From a virus (lineage: Duplodnaviria; Caudoviricetes): DNA of 64,000 bases. A model generated the notes under the pieces. The model worked only from the letters and a program-made list of their open reading frames with translations. It was not told the origin of the DNA and searched no databases. A program made the translations under genes and the position numbers. The stretch lies in IMG/VR virus record IMGVR_UViG_3300033067_000859, positions 1 through 64,000 of that record; one strand, 5' to 3'. How positions within the stretch are numbered: position 1 is the first letter of the stretch; each line of letters opens with the position of its first letter. Shown here piece after piece: positions 40,001 through 47,166 of the stretch.

Positions 40001-43000
40001 GACGCAGAGTTTTGTAAAATATTCCCGCCATATGCGCGGTGATCTAAGTCTCGAAGATTACTATCACCCGGAACGTTACCAGAGATCTCCGGAATATTCT
40101 GCCCAACAGCAACCAAATTATTTCTCAATTGCCCTAGTGTAATTGTAGAAAACTGCTCGTTCTTGCTGTTATAATTCAAGTTACTAGGAACTTGATAATG
40201 GGCCAGTTTACTTGTAGATTTGCTGTACAATAATATATCGACTTTGTCGCCAACTGTTAACAAGTTAGCAGGTATTTTTACCGCAGTCCTTTTACCAAAC
40301 TTTGCAGAAGGGTTATATGACGATGCATCGAGCAATGTATTGTTAAGGAATACTTTGAGGGTAGGCGTCTCAGCAACTGCACTCGGTTCAATGTCAATTT
40401 CAAAATAATTTGTCTTGCCGGTGTAAGTGTTGCTGATAATTTGATACTGACGACTAGGCTCGTTTACTGTTGTCCAGACATTTCTTTTAGCGAATGAGTA
40501 ACGTCCAGTATTCTGTCTCAAGTATCCTGTGTCAACATTTAATGTCTTAAATGTAGTCCCAACTAAGTAGTCAAATGTTTCAGTACTGAAATTGTTAGTA
40601 AATGTTATGTCAGCAATACTGGTATTTGTAACAGTACCAACGTTGGTGTAAGCAATAGGAAACCCTAATACTTTATCATTAGCACCGCTACCAACTTTAT
40701 AAGAAAGAATCTTATTGCCAGCAAATTTACTGCCCTTATAAGTAGAAAAACTTGTATCAGCCGCATCAAACGCATCAAACAAAGGAGTTTGATTAGCCTT
40801 AATCTTGCTTTGGGACCTAGTCCAAACTGTCCCATTGTACCAAAACGTATTACCTTTGTTTACACCTTTAGTTGCAACCAAGCTATCATATGGCTCTAAC
40901 GCATCCTCTGGATCTTCGGAAATCAGCAACTGAATTTTAGGATCACGATAGCTAAACGATACATCAATTAATGCAAACTTAGAAGGCGATGCTAGTTGCA
41001 CCTTGGTATCTGACATGATGCCGGAAATAGTGCCAATGTATTCGTCAGTGGACGTAAACAGTGCGCCACCAACATGTAAGTGTTCTGTAAATTTAGTGTC
41101 AGTGCCAGTGACGGTTACTGTGCCCCCGGTACCGTGAATACTAACTGCACTACCAACAATCTGTTGTATTTCAAAATTTGTAACAAATTCAATTTGGTAC
41201 TGAGTGGCTCCAATGTCTGTTACTTCCTGTACAACACCAGCTGGTGTTAGATTAGGCCAATCGAACCCAGTGATGGTAGTAGCTGTTAACAAATCCTTTG
41301 TACCAACCACAGTCCACATATATGTGTATAGGCCGTCCACTTCCTGAGTTAATACCGGAGATGTTCCTGAATAATAGTTAAGTTTAGAAGGGGCAATTGT
41401 AATTGTGCCGGGACCGGTTCCATCGTAAACGCTAGCATACGATGGCTCATCCTGGATGCTATACTGCACTTTGTACACCTGTGTTTTTACCAGCGGATCT
41501 TTATCATTTGGAAATAGAACACGATCCCCCTCGGCCAACTCGGCACCGTGAACTGTTAAAGTTTTGCTGTGCTGCACTTGATTGAATGCATCAGTGCAAA
41601 CAGTGTCAATATGGTCAACAGGACGCTTACCAATACGCCCAGAATTGATTAATTGTATGTCCGGCTCAAACTCAATGATTGGGCGCTGCGCTCTTATCGC
41701 TTGATCAAAAGTTGCTACTGTATTGCTATACTCTGCACTTTTTATTAGCACATCAATGTGGAACCAGCGGTTGTGTCTAGCCCAAGCATTTTGATCCAAA
41801 CTACTACGGTTAATGGTTATGTATTCAGGAGTGTCTGGGCCTTTCAAAGGTTCGTCCCAGTTGTCGGCACTAAATGCTTCCTGGTCCCACGGCACTGTAT
41901 CAATTTGTACATGCGACTCGGGACAAACTAAATTGTCAAATGGAACTAATCTTATACCCTTGCCTACGCCCTCAACTACGAAAGACTTGTTGGCATACTT
42001 TGTTGGTTGTACATTGTTGTCAAACGCAACAACCAATCCGTTAGTGAAATTAACACCGCCTGGACTGGTGTAGTTAACTTTGCCTAGAATACTAGTATCA
42101 ACATAAATGTTGTCAGTTGCCTCGTCAACAAGACGAATCATACCATGCATAGCCGGGTTACTAGCATCCTGGTAATATAAGATATCGAGCTGTGCAGTCA
42201 ATGCAGGTACTGGTAAAAATTGTCCGGCACTGTTTTTGTAAAATTCAACGTTGGCATTTATTCTACCAATTCTAGAATATATACGACTGTTATTTGCTAC
42301 GTCTCTTACATAAGACAGTGTAACAATTTCGTTATTAAATTGATCACGAGTCAGCATGACTCTCCAGACGCCGCGGCGGTGTTGCTCCGAAACAACAGTG
42401 CCGCTGGCACGAGTCCAATTGTCGTCATTGTTGCTGCTGTCTAAGAACACAACAAATTTATTAGTTGGATCGATATCAGATCCGTCGAATCCACCGTGTA
42501 AGTTAACTACACTAGCCCATTGTGCGCCGTCAATTTCAGTAAACGGAGTGTCTACTGCATAATCAACTGGTGCTTGCATAGGCATTTTGAGATAAGTGTC
42601 TTGTGTATTGGACAACGGAACGCGGAATTCAACAACTCCGTCATCGGTACCGTTGTTCGACACCCCGTACACATCTCTAGTCGAAACACTAGGAAGAAGT
42701 CGCTTTGTACCAGTTACGCCCGGTTCAGTTTGAATATAGAATTTGCTGCCAGGCTGGTTAACTGCAAACTTATAAAGGCCTCCACGAGCTAGCAAAAGCT
42801 CTGGATTGTTGCCCTCTTTTCCTTCAATTCTCAAGCAACGATCATCAATGTCTTTAGAAATTTTATAAGTTGCTTGCTTTGTAACAGATTGAGATGGTAT
42901 CAGAACCGGCTCTGGCCCATTGGGTAGCCAGTAATATTGTTGGTAATTAACAAACTTGTCTAAGTCAATCAAGCCAGTATATGTATAGTACTCACTTGAA

Positions 43001-43329
43001 AATAGTCTGTCATGGTCGGCGGTGATACCGCCGTAATAAGAGATCTTATTGATTAAGTCGGTGTAGCTGCTGTAGAACTCAACTTCATTGCTGCTATTTT
43101 TAATAACCAAGCTAGGCTCAAGTTGATAGTTCTGGCGGTCAGCATCAACTTCGGGCACATATCCATCTGCTGCCTTATATGTGGGCGCAAACTTTCTACC
43201 AATGTAACCGTTTAGTCTAGTGAATTCGGGCTCACTAACTAACTGGTCCAGAGTTGCTGCTAAAAACTTGCGGTTAGTGTCAGTCTGAAATATACTTGGT
43301 AAAAAATCGAGGGTTCTTCTTGCTGCCAT
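31093..43329 (-). CDS. Giant (4078 aa) multidomain virion/baseplate protein
   Basis: Uninterrupted 12.2-kb ORF downstream of the gp6-like gene; FG-GAP-like repeats; two CBM5/12-like W..G..Y..GD.V.Y motifs. Confidence 0.85.
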   Translation of the reverse strand: MAARRTLDFLPSIFQTDTNRKFLAATLDQLVSEPEFTRLNGYIGRKFAPTYKAADGYVPEVDADRQNYQLEPSLVIKNSSNEVEFYSSYTDLINKISYYGGITADHDRLFSSEYYTYTGLIDLDKFVNYQQYYWLPNGPEPVLIPSQSVTKQATYKISKDIDDRCLRIEGKEGNNPELLLARGGLYKFAVNQPGSKFYIQTEPGVTGTKRLLPSVSTRDVYGVSNNGTDDGVVEFRVPLSNTQDTYLKMPMQAPVDYAVDTPFTEIDGAQWASVVNLHGGFDGSDIDPTNKFVVFLDSSNNDDNWTRASGTVVSEQHRRGVWRVMLTRDQFNNEIVTLSYVRDVANNSRIYSRIGRINANVEFYKNSAGQFLPVPALTAQLDILYYQDASNPAMHGMIRLVDEATDNIYVDTSILGKVNYTSPGGVNFTNGLVVAFDNNVQPTKYANKSFVVEGVGKGIRLVPFDNLVCPESHVQIDTVPWDQEAFSADNWDEPLKGPDTPEYITINRSSLDQNAWARHNRWFHIDVLIKSAEYSNTVATFDQAIRAQRPIIEFEPDIQLINSGRIGKRPVDHIDTVCTDAFNQVQHSKTLTVHGAELAEGDRVLFPNDKDPLVKTQVYKVQYSIQDEPSYASVYDGTGPGTITIAPSKLNYYSGTSPVLTQEVDGLYTYMWTVVGTKDLLTATTITGFDWPNLTPAGVVQEVTDIGATQYQIEFVTNFEIQQIVGSAVSIHGTGGTVTVTGTDTKFTEHLHVGGALFTSTDEYIGTISGIMSDTKVQLASPSKFALIDVSFSYRDPKIQLLISEDPEDALEPYDSLVATKGVNKGNTFWYNGTVWTRSQSKIKANQTPLFDAFDAADTSFSTYKGSKFAGNKILSYKVGSGANDKVLGFPIAYTNVGTVTNTSIADITFTNNFSTETFDYLVGTTFKTLNVDTGYLRQNTGRYSFAKRNVWTTVNEPSRQYQIISNTYTGKTNYFEIDIEPSAVAETPTLKVFLNNTLLDASSYNPSAKFGKRTAVKIPANLLTVGDKVDILLYSKSTSKLAHYQVPSNLNYNSKNEQFSTITLGQLRNNLVAVGQNIPEISGNVPGDSNLRDLDHRAYGGNILQNSASVIYSSLFLINEQANLMSGIDYARREYTKFKNKFVEMCTTLPGLDLDDPKAGVDKILQSINAVKNKSFPWYYSDMVPYGESSTINYSILNTNQRQYKISSIFNNALLQSKAVLVYYNGHQLVVGRDFTFDQTRPAIQLSETLATAIGGTLEIREYISTDGNFIPETPTKLGLYPKFLPAIELDTTYRIPTSVIYGHDGSITPAFGDFRDQYLLELELRIYNNIKVDPSKEILDLRTLVPGRFRTTEYSLAEFKKILNSNFLKWVGSNKLDYISNSYFVSNDPFTYNYRYSKDILFNQALPGYWRGIYQYFYDTDKPHSHPWEMLGFTEEPAWWQDQYGPAPYTSGNTVLWDDIEAGIIRHGTRAGIHTAFARPGLSKIIPVDAAGELRAPLSHIAAQFSSANASESFQVGDMAPVEAAWTRTSEYPYALQAAVALMKPGIYFGTLLDTNTYFKNSDYGQYVDSRTNRRITPNTVAINGEAVGASITRSSGYVNWIVDYLTSLGINGTTKVRALLDNLQVQLSYKVAGFVDKKYLTVLAEQYSPSSTNESVVIPDDSYTVYLNKSVPLERIAYSAVIVEKTETGYTVSGYNISNPYFIVVPSESAGASYNIKVENVSATIYKGFRKQKLVIPYGTEFKTRQQVVDFLVSYQRFLFAQGFIFDEYNPDLSAMQDWVLSAKEFLTWTLQGWKAGSVLILSPVNTTLKLLSTNSVVDQITNNTLGSKVLDPNFGAIRTTDITVMRDQGEFKLQTITGSTVAFADLNLVQYEHVLIFENTTVFSDVIYKPETGSRQYRLKLVGNKTANWDGSLNPAGFVYNSTQVDLWKAGRDYLKGDLVAYKNQYYVAAQKISASTTFNLNYWKQIDKSEIKTGLLPNFANNAGRFVNIYDADSSLLDSQMARMSSSLIGFRDRKYLSDLNINHTSQTKFYQGYIKEKGTKSAVTNLLSANFNDITNDVSYHEEWAVRVGEYGATESNRSVEIVLDESLNRNNPTAISIIADDETAPDGIVGVRDRDLWDRTFAPGAVKFINRVQNAVSESDVQTAGYVNVDDVDATLFDLSQYQLLDGDISSISSGYTVWVAKDQTKDWNVYRASETDTTVTRISYGLDTSGKVTTEFPHGLVAGDTVVIKDFDVRFNGFYRVTSVSDIRSFNITLTNTQVSAIKQDAVTGTGTLFVLDSVRFKHPGDVSGFAPRHGWKDGDIVWVDSNAGNNWAVYEKNGVWNYNTTLDIQFGNYSQDLHYGTSVKIANNDQFVVVGAPGDREGAGRVHVFFKSGPREKGVLSGDITDQARLGHSVDMADTIVVAGAPGSYASNGAAVVYKYRESTFFAPIQLITNPSTLNGSEFGTSVALSDNEQYLYIGAPGSNSVYCYKYTQVDERRTVCSVAEAANGYVMPYQVSDIDSLAVYLHGKLLKLGSDYTWNSNRNTLNFSATVTALLVSEEGIELELENNQTLLSSEYIIGEPGSIVILQRSYYKLAQTCVGPAIDSRFGYSIKCSKDGSQLIVGAPGTTVNGQIHAGKAYVYIKSQAGDTWQIAEELVGTNPVYRAQFGTSVDICKNNCSVYIGVPGYSDLTYRGGIVERFVNAGMLFGSILGSATNPVVTVGHSIIVNGTEVVFSGAGLDSVVADINTAGIAGVRASNQDNQLLITSIVEVEYGKLIVSPGTGTSLKDLGLTVYQVAQVIKKPVSSQSENFGSIVKIGRDAETLAIASTQGSVQTYSLFDSKLTTYDSKTTQFIDVKSGTGSVFFHDFMPNPTTSENKFGNFVFSEQFNAPNLAMGDQFGCGIDFSDSSLYIGASYNDTKQHNAGNVYQYTNPTLGKGWSVKRAQQPAVDVFSINAISLFDIKTKSKLATLDYIDPARGKALGIAESSLSYKSSRDPAMYNSGTMFPNRESIDYHWGKQQVGQTWWDLSTVKFIDYEQDSLVYRVNNWGRMFPGSTVSVYEWVESNVIPSEYVAAGNTGEPLHSNDSSYVELSYADTSSGMIKTKYYFWVRGITSIESDVSRPLSAAAIEDALQDPKSQGIPYAAILSDSSVALFNCDNLISGKNVILKVDYDHVLNSNLIHSEFELIKEGSSDTVMPPRIVNKLVDSLAGADNELRRVPDAKLKPSQRIGLEVRPRQTLVNNRHEALKNVVQFVNKVFATTTASYKLQNSSKFSSAKFFGVDAEPVASEYQHRVADLVEREYVVKVVGERTLVANDENFMGLWTLYEVLTDGTWDLVKNQSFKTPDLWTYTNWYKEGFDPETKPKYIVEYLKDTERLALVPGDIVRVNSSATGGFEVYQYTTKDTAELVAVENGTIKLLDTIWDVEQNNVGFDNNSFEEVGFDRDYSEELRQLITGLEQDMFVDDLVDNYNEFLFVVIRYILSEQQNVDWIFKTSFISVLHKIKELKAYPNFIRDNHDYYEDYINEVKPYRTKIREYTIEYSGIDHAYANTTDFDLPGYFDTELGRFRSPSGEMPTKDGALFLQSEYKDWSKNFTFGVESISISNPGYGYTVPPTVKIVANSDGGSGATAEAVIDNVSGKVVQINVLNSGSGYKSTPHVIINGDGAYARAYANISNRKVRSVKTVMKFDRTSYTTQVREWIAGIQYQAGDMVSYRGQGYRCNVAHSSQSFVSGNFAPIKGSEYTNANDRIAATYVPGPNQVPKEFDEFGNIDLTRIIPGLEYAYNVVSNDPSVYNESSATGTSIPTVNDPSQISISGGSFFDVTKSYAPEELIPGVTADSLSIRVETDDDLAGVKYIYRIDKDSRDVTSYLVVSSAKTTKLVQDLRYDDDRIYVETLDNVTLPNPGLRVPGMIYIGGEKIEFWQIDNALNAIKNPIRGVNGTSTPEVHAAGSVVEDQSYHRVIPETTIEHTDAFVFTARNPVFVPTFAVSNNIELVKNSLQVRNSVTLLTVDVDYTISISNSNNTTKVSIVFARASDFADGIRFTATYVEDKVWLNPGTGTPTDGSGFIASQHPAALFVKQNPHNLS

Positions 43330-43338
43330 ATTATGTTA

Positions 43339-46300
43339 TTAAATTAATGTGTTTCTGTTTAAACTTGCTGCTGTCAAGTTTAGCTGATTCGCTGTTACTG
43401 CAGAAATTATTTCCACGTTTTCTACTGTTGCTGCACTAATAATTATCTCGTTAGGTTCTGCGTTAATTTGATATAAATTACCAAAACTTACACTAGCATC
43501 TGTAGGGACAATTAATACACTTGCTACATTGGGACTTAAAGTCCTATGTAAATATGCACTCAATTCACTGAAATAAAAGGTTTCGCCAAACTCCCAATTT
43601 GCTATACTAAAATATTCATTAATAGCATTAATTACAGAAGTCTTAACGTCATTGTCACTGATGTTAATAGACGAATTCTTGATAACTTTAAATGTGGCTT
43701 GTAGATTGCTAGGAGCTTTTGCCCCAAATAATACTTTAAATTTAGCCGAATTAAACACAATAGTATCACTGATACTCTTAACATCGTTTAGACTCGAGAA
43801 CTGAGTACTCAATTCTTGAACTGTAGGTTCAGCTGGCTTAGCGACGGTATTGCTAGTATCCTGAATCCAATTTCTATAATCCTTTTCATAGGATGCAGTT
43901 AACAAATAGATATCGGTAATATTCGTACTGCTAGGGTCAATACGACGGCTACTCGGGCTGTTATGGCGATACTGGAACGACAAGTCCTGTCGACCGAATT
44001 TGGCAATGTATTGAGTTTGCTCAACCAGAGACCTAGTACCAGATAGCGAGTAAAACTTATTTTCTTGAACAGCGTAGAACAACTGACCAGGGAGATATAG
44101 ACTCTGATTATATTCAATGTCGGCAAAATTGTTATACAACGACACCACTTTGCTGTTATTAACTAATACTAAATTAGTGAAGTTTTCGTATCCTGCAACT
44201 TGCTCAAAGAATACTAGTTTGTTGTTGCTGTTTGTCTCTGGAGACACTACAATATTAAACAGATCTGGGTTATCCGGGATTCCATCGTTGTTGCTATCCG
44301 CAAATGTAACAAAGATTTTATCTTTGTTGATGTATCCGTCAGATTCAATGTAATTCTTATACACAAACCAAACAATGTCTTGACCTAATGGCGCCGAGGA
44401 ATCGGGACCAGAATTAGTCTTTAAGAGTTTTATATTGTCATTGACCGTAGTACCAGTTTTAGAGTCAAAAATCTTAGTGCGCTGATCGTAGTAGAATGTA
44501 GTTTCGCCAGTGCTGTGCATGACATACTCAATGCCACGATAATAAACAATATATCCCTCGGCAGTATAAACGAACCTCATTAACCAACTGCTGTTAGCAC
44601 CTGTACCACTAGTGTCATCTTGGCCATCTAAACTAAAACTTCCGCTAGTGTTTAAATTCTCACTCTTAATGACTTCCCAAATTTGCTTCGATGCTTTAAA
44701 AGTTAACCCAAAATCAGATTGGCTTTGAATCAATTGGGCCACAGTGTCTGTGAAGAATGTGGTGAATGCATTTTTAAAGACTGGATACACTAATTCAACT
44801 ATAGCACCAGTCGGTACTTTAACGTTCAGTGTAACAGGACCCGACCCGTCTGCAAGGTTGCCGGAACCGTTGTTGGTACCATCGCCAAACACCTCAGTTA
44901 CAGTGGCATACACTACGGTGTGGTCATGCACAGATGTAGGCAACCCAGGAACCATATTGTTGCTAGCATCAAAATAGTAACCAGAGCGAGCCACAAATTT
45001 TACAATCGACCCTTTGCGCAAATATTTTGCATTATTACGCACCGCTCCGGCAATTTGTGCCAATGCGCGATTAAATGTAAAGTACCCAGTAGATTCGTTA
45101 GATCCAGTTGTACTTAAATTCCATACAAAATCGCTCACAGGAAATGTTGGATAGTTTGCATAATAAAAATGCAGCATTTCCTTACTAGCAATTTTCTCTA
45201 CTACCTGTCGATTAATGGTATTGATTACATCCGCTGTATTATTGAATGTGAATCTAAATGTACGAATAAAATTGTCTCTGTAGAGAACACCGTCTTGTGC
45301 AAAAATGTTAGTACTCGAATATTTGCCTGTACTGTCAACTACGTCAAGGAAACGACTTTGCCCAGAACTAGTTCTGTTCAGACTCTTAACTTTAATGACA
45401 TTACCAAAGCTAGTGTAAGGAAGGATGTTGTAATCTTCCCCAGTAATCATTCGATTTTGAGTATAATACTGCTGGGGTGCTTTTTGTCTAATATCCTCGG
45501 TACTTTCACGTGAATTAGCATTCGATACTGTGTATTGTAGGCTAGCTCTTATAGTAATAGTCTCGGTCCTGCCCTGGCGATTAACATAGTTAAGCGAAAT
45601 GTTAATACCCTTCATTTCGTCGGGTGTAATCTTATAAGTTAATCCGTTGCTGACACGATAATATGCTCTAAAGTTACCAATTGGCATGTTTGTAAAACTG
45701 CCGTCACCAAACACCAAGTCGATTTGGTCAGCTGCTCTTGTATTAACTTGATACAAGTTGCGATCAGCACTGCTATTGTAAATTACGTTAACCCCGGAAA
45801 TGGCCGGAACTTGTGCCCATTGATCCCCGAGTGACTTATTAGCATCTAGGCTATAAAGCCAAACATCGGTGTTGTTGATGTTACTATAGTTTACACTAAC
45901 AATTCTGTTAGGGATCGTCTCATTGATACTAAATTCTTGACTAGATAACGTGCCTTGCTTGAAGTATACAAAGAATCCGGTGTCGTTACTGCTGTTACCG
46001 TAGTTGTCGTTGCGATAAAGGATGTTAAATGGTCCAGATGTGTTGGGCGCAACTTCGTAAATATAATCTTTGCCCGCGAATGTGGCACTAACTACTTCAA
46101 AATCAAAATTGCTTCCTTCAACAGGGGCCTGAAATGGATACACGCCGAGTACATTTTTAATTAGATTCAAGCTATACTCTTCGGTAGCAACACCGTTAAT
46201 AACACGACTGCTACCTGGCTTGCCCACTACTTGGCTGTTAACCATTGATGCATTTAATATAGTAGTAAATTGCTCTAGCCAGTTGTCGTTTGTTTGGTCG

Positions 46301-46734
46301 TTCCAGTTTACTACTAAATTACTTAGATTTAATCCGTTACTGTCGTATACAGTTTCTGTGGTGTAAATGCTTTCAATTTTTAGTAACCCAGAGCTGGCAA
46401 TATTTCGTTTGGGGTTGTAGCTAATTAGGCGAGCTAATTTTAGGATACTATCACGGCGTTCAGCAGTGTCGATAAAATTTTCACGTGCGTTTAAGTCAGT
46501 TCTGAATGCTAGGCTTTGCCCCATAAAGGCAATAAGGTCAATAAGAGCTACAAACTCCGAGCTTTCTGTAAAATCGTTAAAATCCTCAGGATAGTAGACC
46601 CTAAGGTAATCGATCATTGTCTTGCGCAATGTCTCGAAGTCATAGCTAGTGAAGTCGGCCTCTTGAAAGGTTTGGTATATCTTTTTCCAGTTTTCTGCTA
46701 CTAGCAAACTTGTTTGTCGTGCGTTGATTGCCAT
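43339..46734 (-). CDS. Baseplate wedge subunit (T4 gp6-like)
   Basis: DFETLRKTMIDYL...DFNDFTESSEF..LIDL.A, LARLISYNP and QNRMITGEDY. Confidence 0.85.
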   Translation of the reverse strand: MAINARQTSLLVAENWKKIYQTFQEADFTSYDFETLRKTMIDYLRVYYPEDFNDFTESSEFVALIDLIAFMGQSLAFRTDLNARENFIDTAERRDSILKLARLISYNPKRNIASSGLLKIESIYTTETVYDSNGLNLSNLVVNWNDQTNDNWLEQFTTILNASMVNSQVVGKPGSSRVINGVATEEYSLNLIKNVLGVYPFQAPVEGSNFDFEVVSATFAGKDYIYEVAPNTSGPFNILYRNDNYGNSSNDTGFFVYFKQGTLSSQEFSINETIPNRIVSVNYSNINNTDVWLYSLDANKSLGDQWAQVPAISGVNVIYNSSADRNLYQVNTRAADQIDLVFGDGSFTNMPIGNFRAYYRVSNGLTYKITPDEMKGINISLNYVNRQGRTETITIRASLQYTVSNANSRESTEDIRQKAPQQYYTQNRMITGEDYNILPYTSFGNVIKVKSLNRTSSGQSRFLDVVDSTGKYSSTNIFAQDGVLYRDNFIRTFRFTFNNTADVINTINRQVVEKIASKEMLHFYYANYPTFPVSDFVWNLSTTGSNESTGYFTFNRALAQIAGAVRNNAKYLRKGSIVKFVARSGYYFDASNNMVPGLPTSVHDHTVVYATVTEVFGDGTNNGSGNLADGSGPVTLNVKVPTGAIVELVYPVFKNAFTTFFTDTVAQLIQSQSDFGLTFKASKQIWEVIKSENLNTSGSFSLDGQDDTSGTGANSSWLMRFVYTAEGYIVYYRGIEYVMHSTGETTFYYDQRTKIFDSKTGTTVNDNIKLLKTNSGPDSSAPLGQDIVWFVYKNYIESDGYINKDKIFVTFADSNNDGIPDNPDLFNIVVSPETNSNNKLVFFEQVAGYENFTNLVLVNNSKVVSLYNNFADIEYNQSLYLPGQLFYAVQENKFYSLSGTRSLVEQTQYIAKFGRQDLSFQYRHNSPSSRRIDPSSTNITDIYLLTASYEKDYRNWIQDTSNTVAKPAEPTVQELSTQFSSLNDVKSISDTIVFNSAKFKVLFGAKAPSNLQATFKVIKNSSINISDNDVKTSVINAINEYFSIANWEFGETFYFSELSAYLHRTLSPNVASVLIVPTDASVSFGNLYQINAEPNEIIISAATVENVEIISAVTANQLNLTAASLNRNTLI

Positions 46735-46782
46735 CTATTAACCCGTTTTTAATATTTATTGGTGCTATAATGTACGCACTAA

Positions 46783-47157
46783 TTACGCCATGCTAACAGT
46801 TTTACTGTTCTGATCGAAGTTGAACTTTAATAATTGAGTTTGATCTGATGGCACGTATGTAAGCTCTAATGCAATTTGTAGTCCGTATTCAAAACGGGTG
46901 ACATTGACATTATCTATTGTTATCCTAGGATCGTAGGCTGCGATAGCTTTTATGTCTGAAACAATTGCTGCTTTAATTTCTTCAGTAAAAGGCTCAAACA
47001 GTACACCCCAGATAATTGTACCAAAGTCTGGGTTCATTAACTTTTCGCCTTTGCGAATGTGAAAATGATTGTACAAGTCTTGCTTGACTAACTCGAAATC
47101 GGTTAGTCTAAACTTTTTAACTCGATTGTATGTACTGAAGCCTTTGTATGTAGTCAT
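46783..47157 (-). CDS. Baseplate wedge/sheath initiator (T4 gp25-like)
   Basis: RKGEKLMNPDFGTIIWGVLFEP and YDPRI. Confidence 0.9.
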   Translation of the reverse strand: MTTYKGFSTYNRVKKFRLTDFELVKQDLYNHFHIRKGEKLMNPDFGTIIWGVLFEPFTEEIKAAIVSDIKAIAAYDPRITIDNVNVTRFEYGLQIALELTYVPSDQTQLLKFNFDQNSKTVSMA

Positions 47158-47166
47158 AATATGTAT

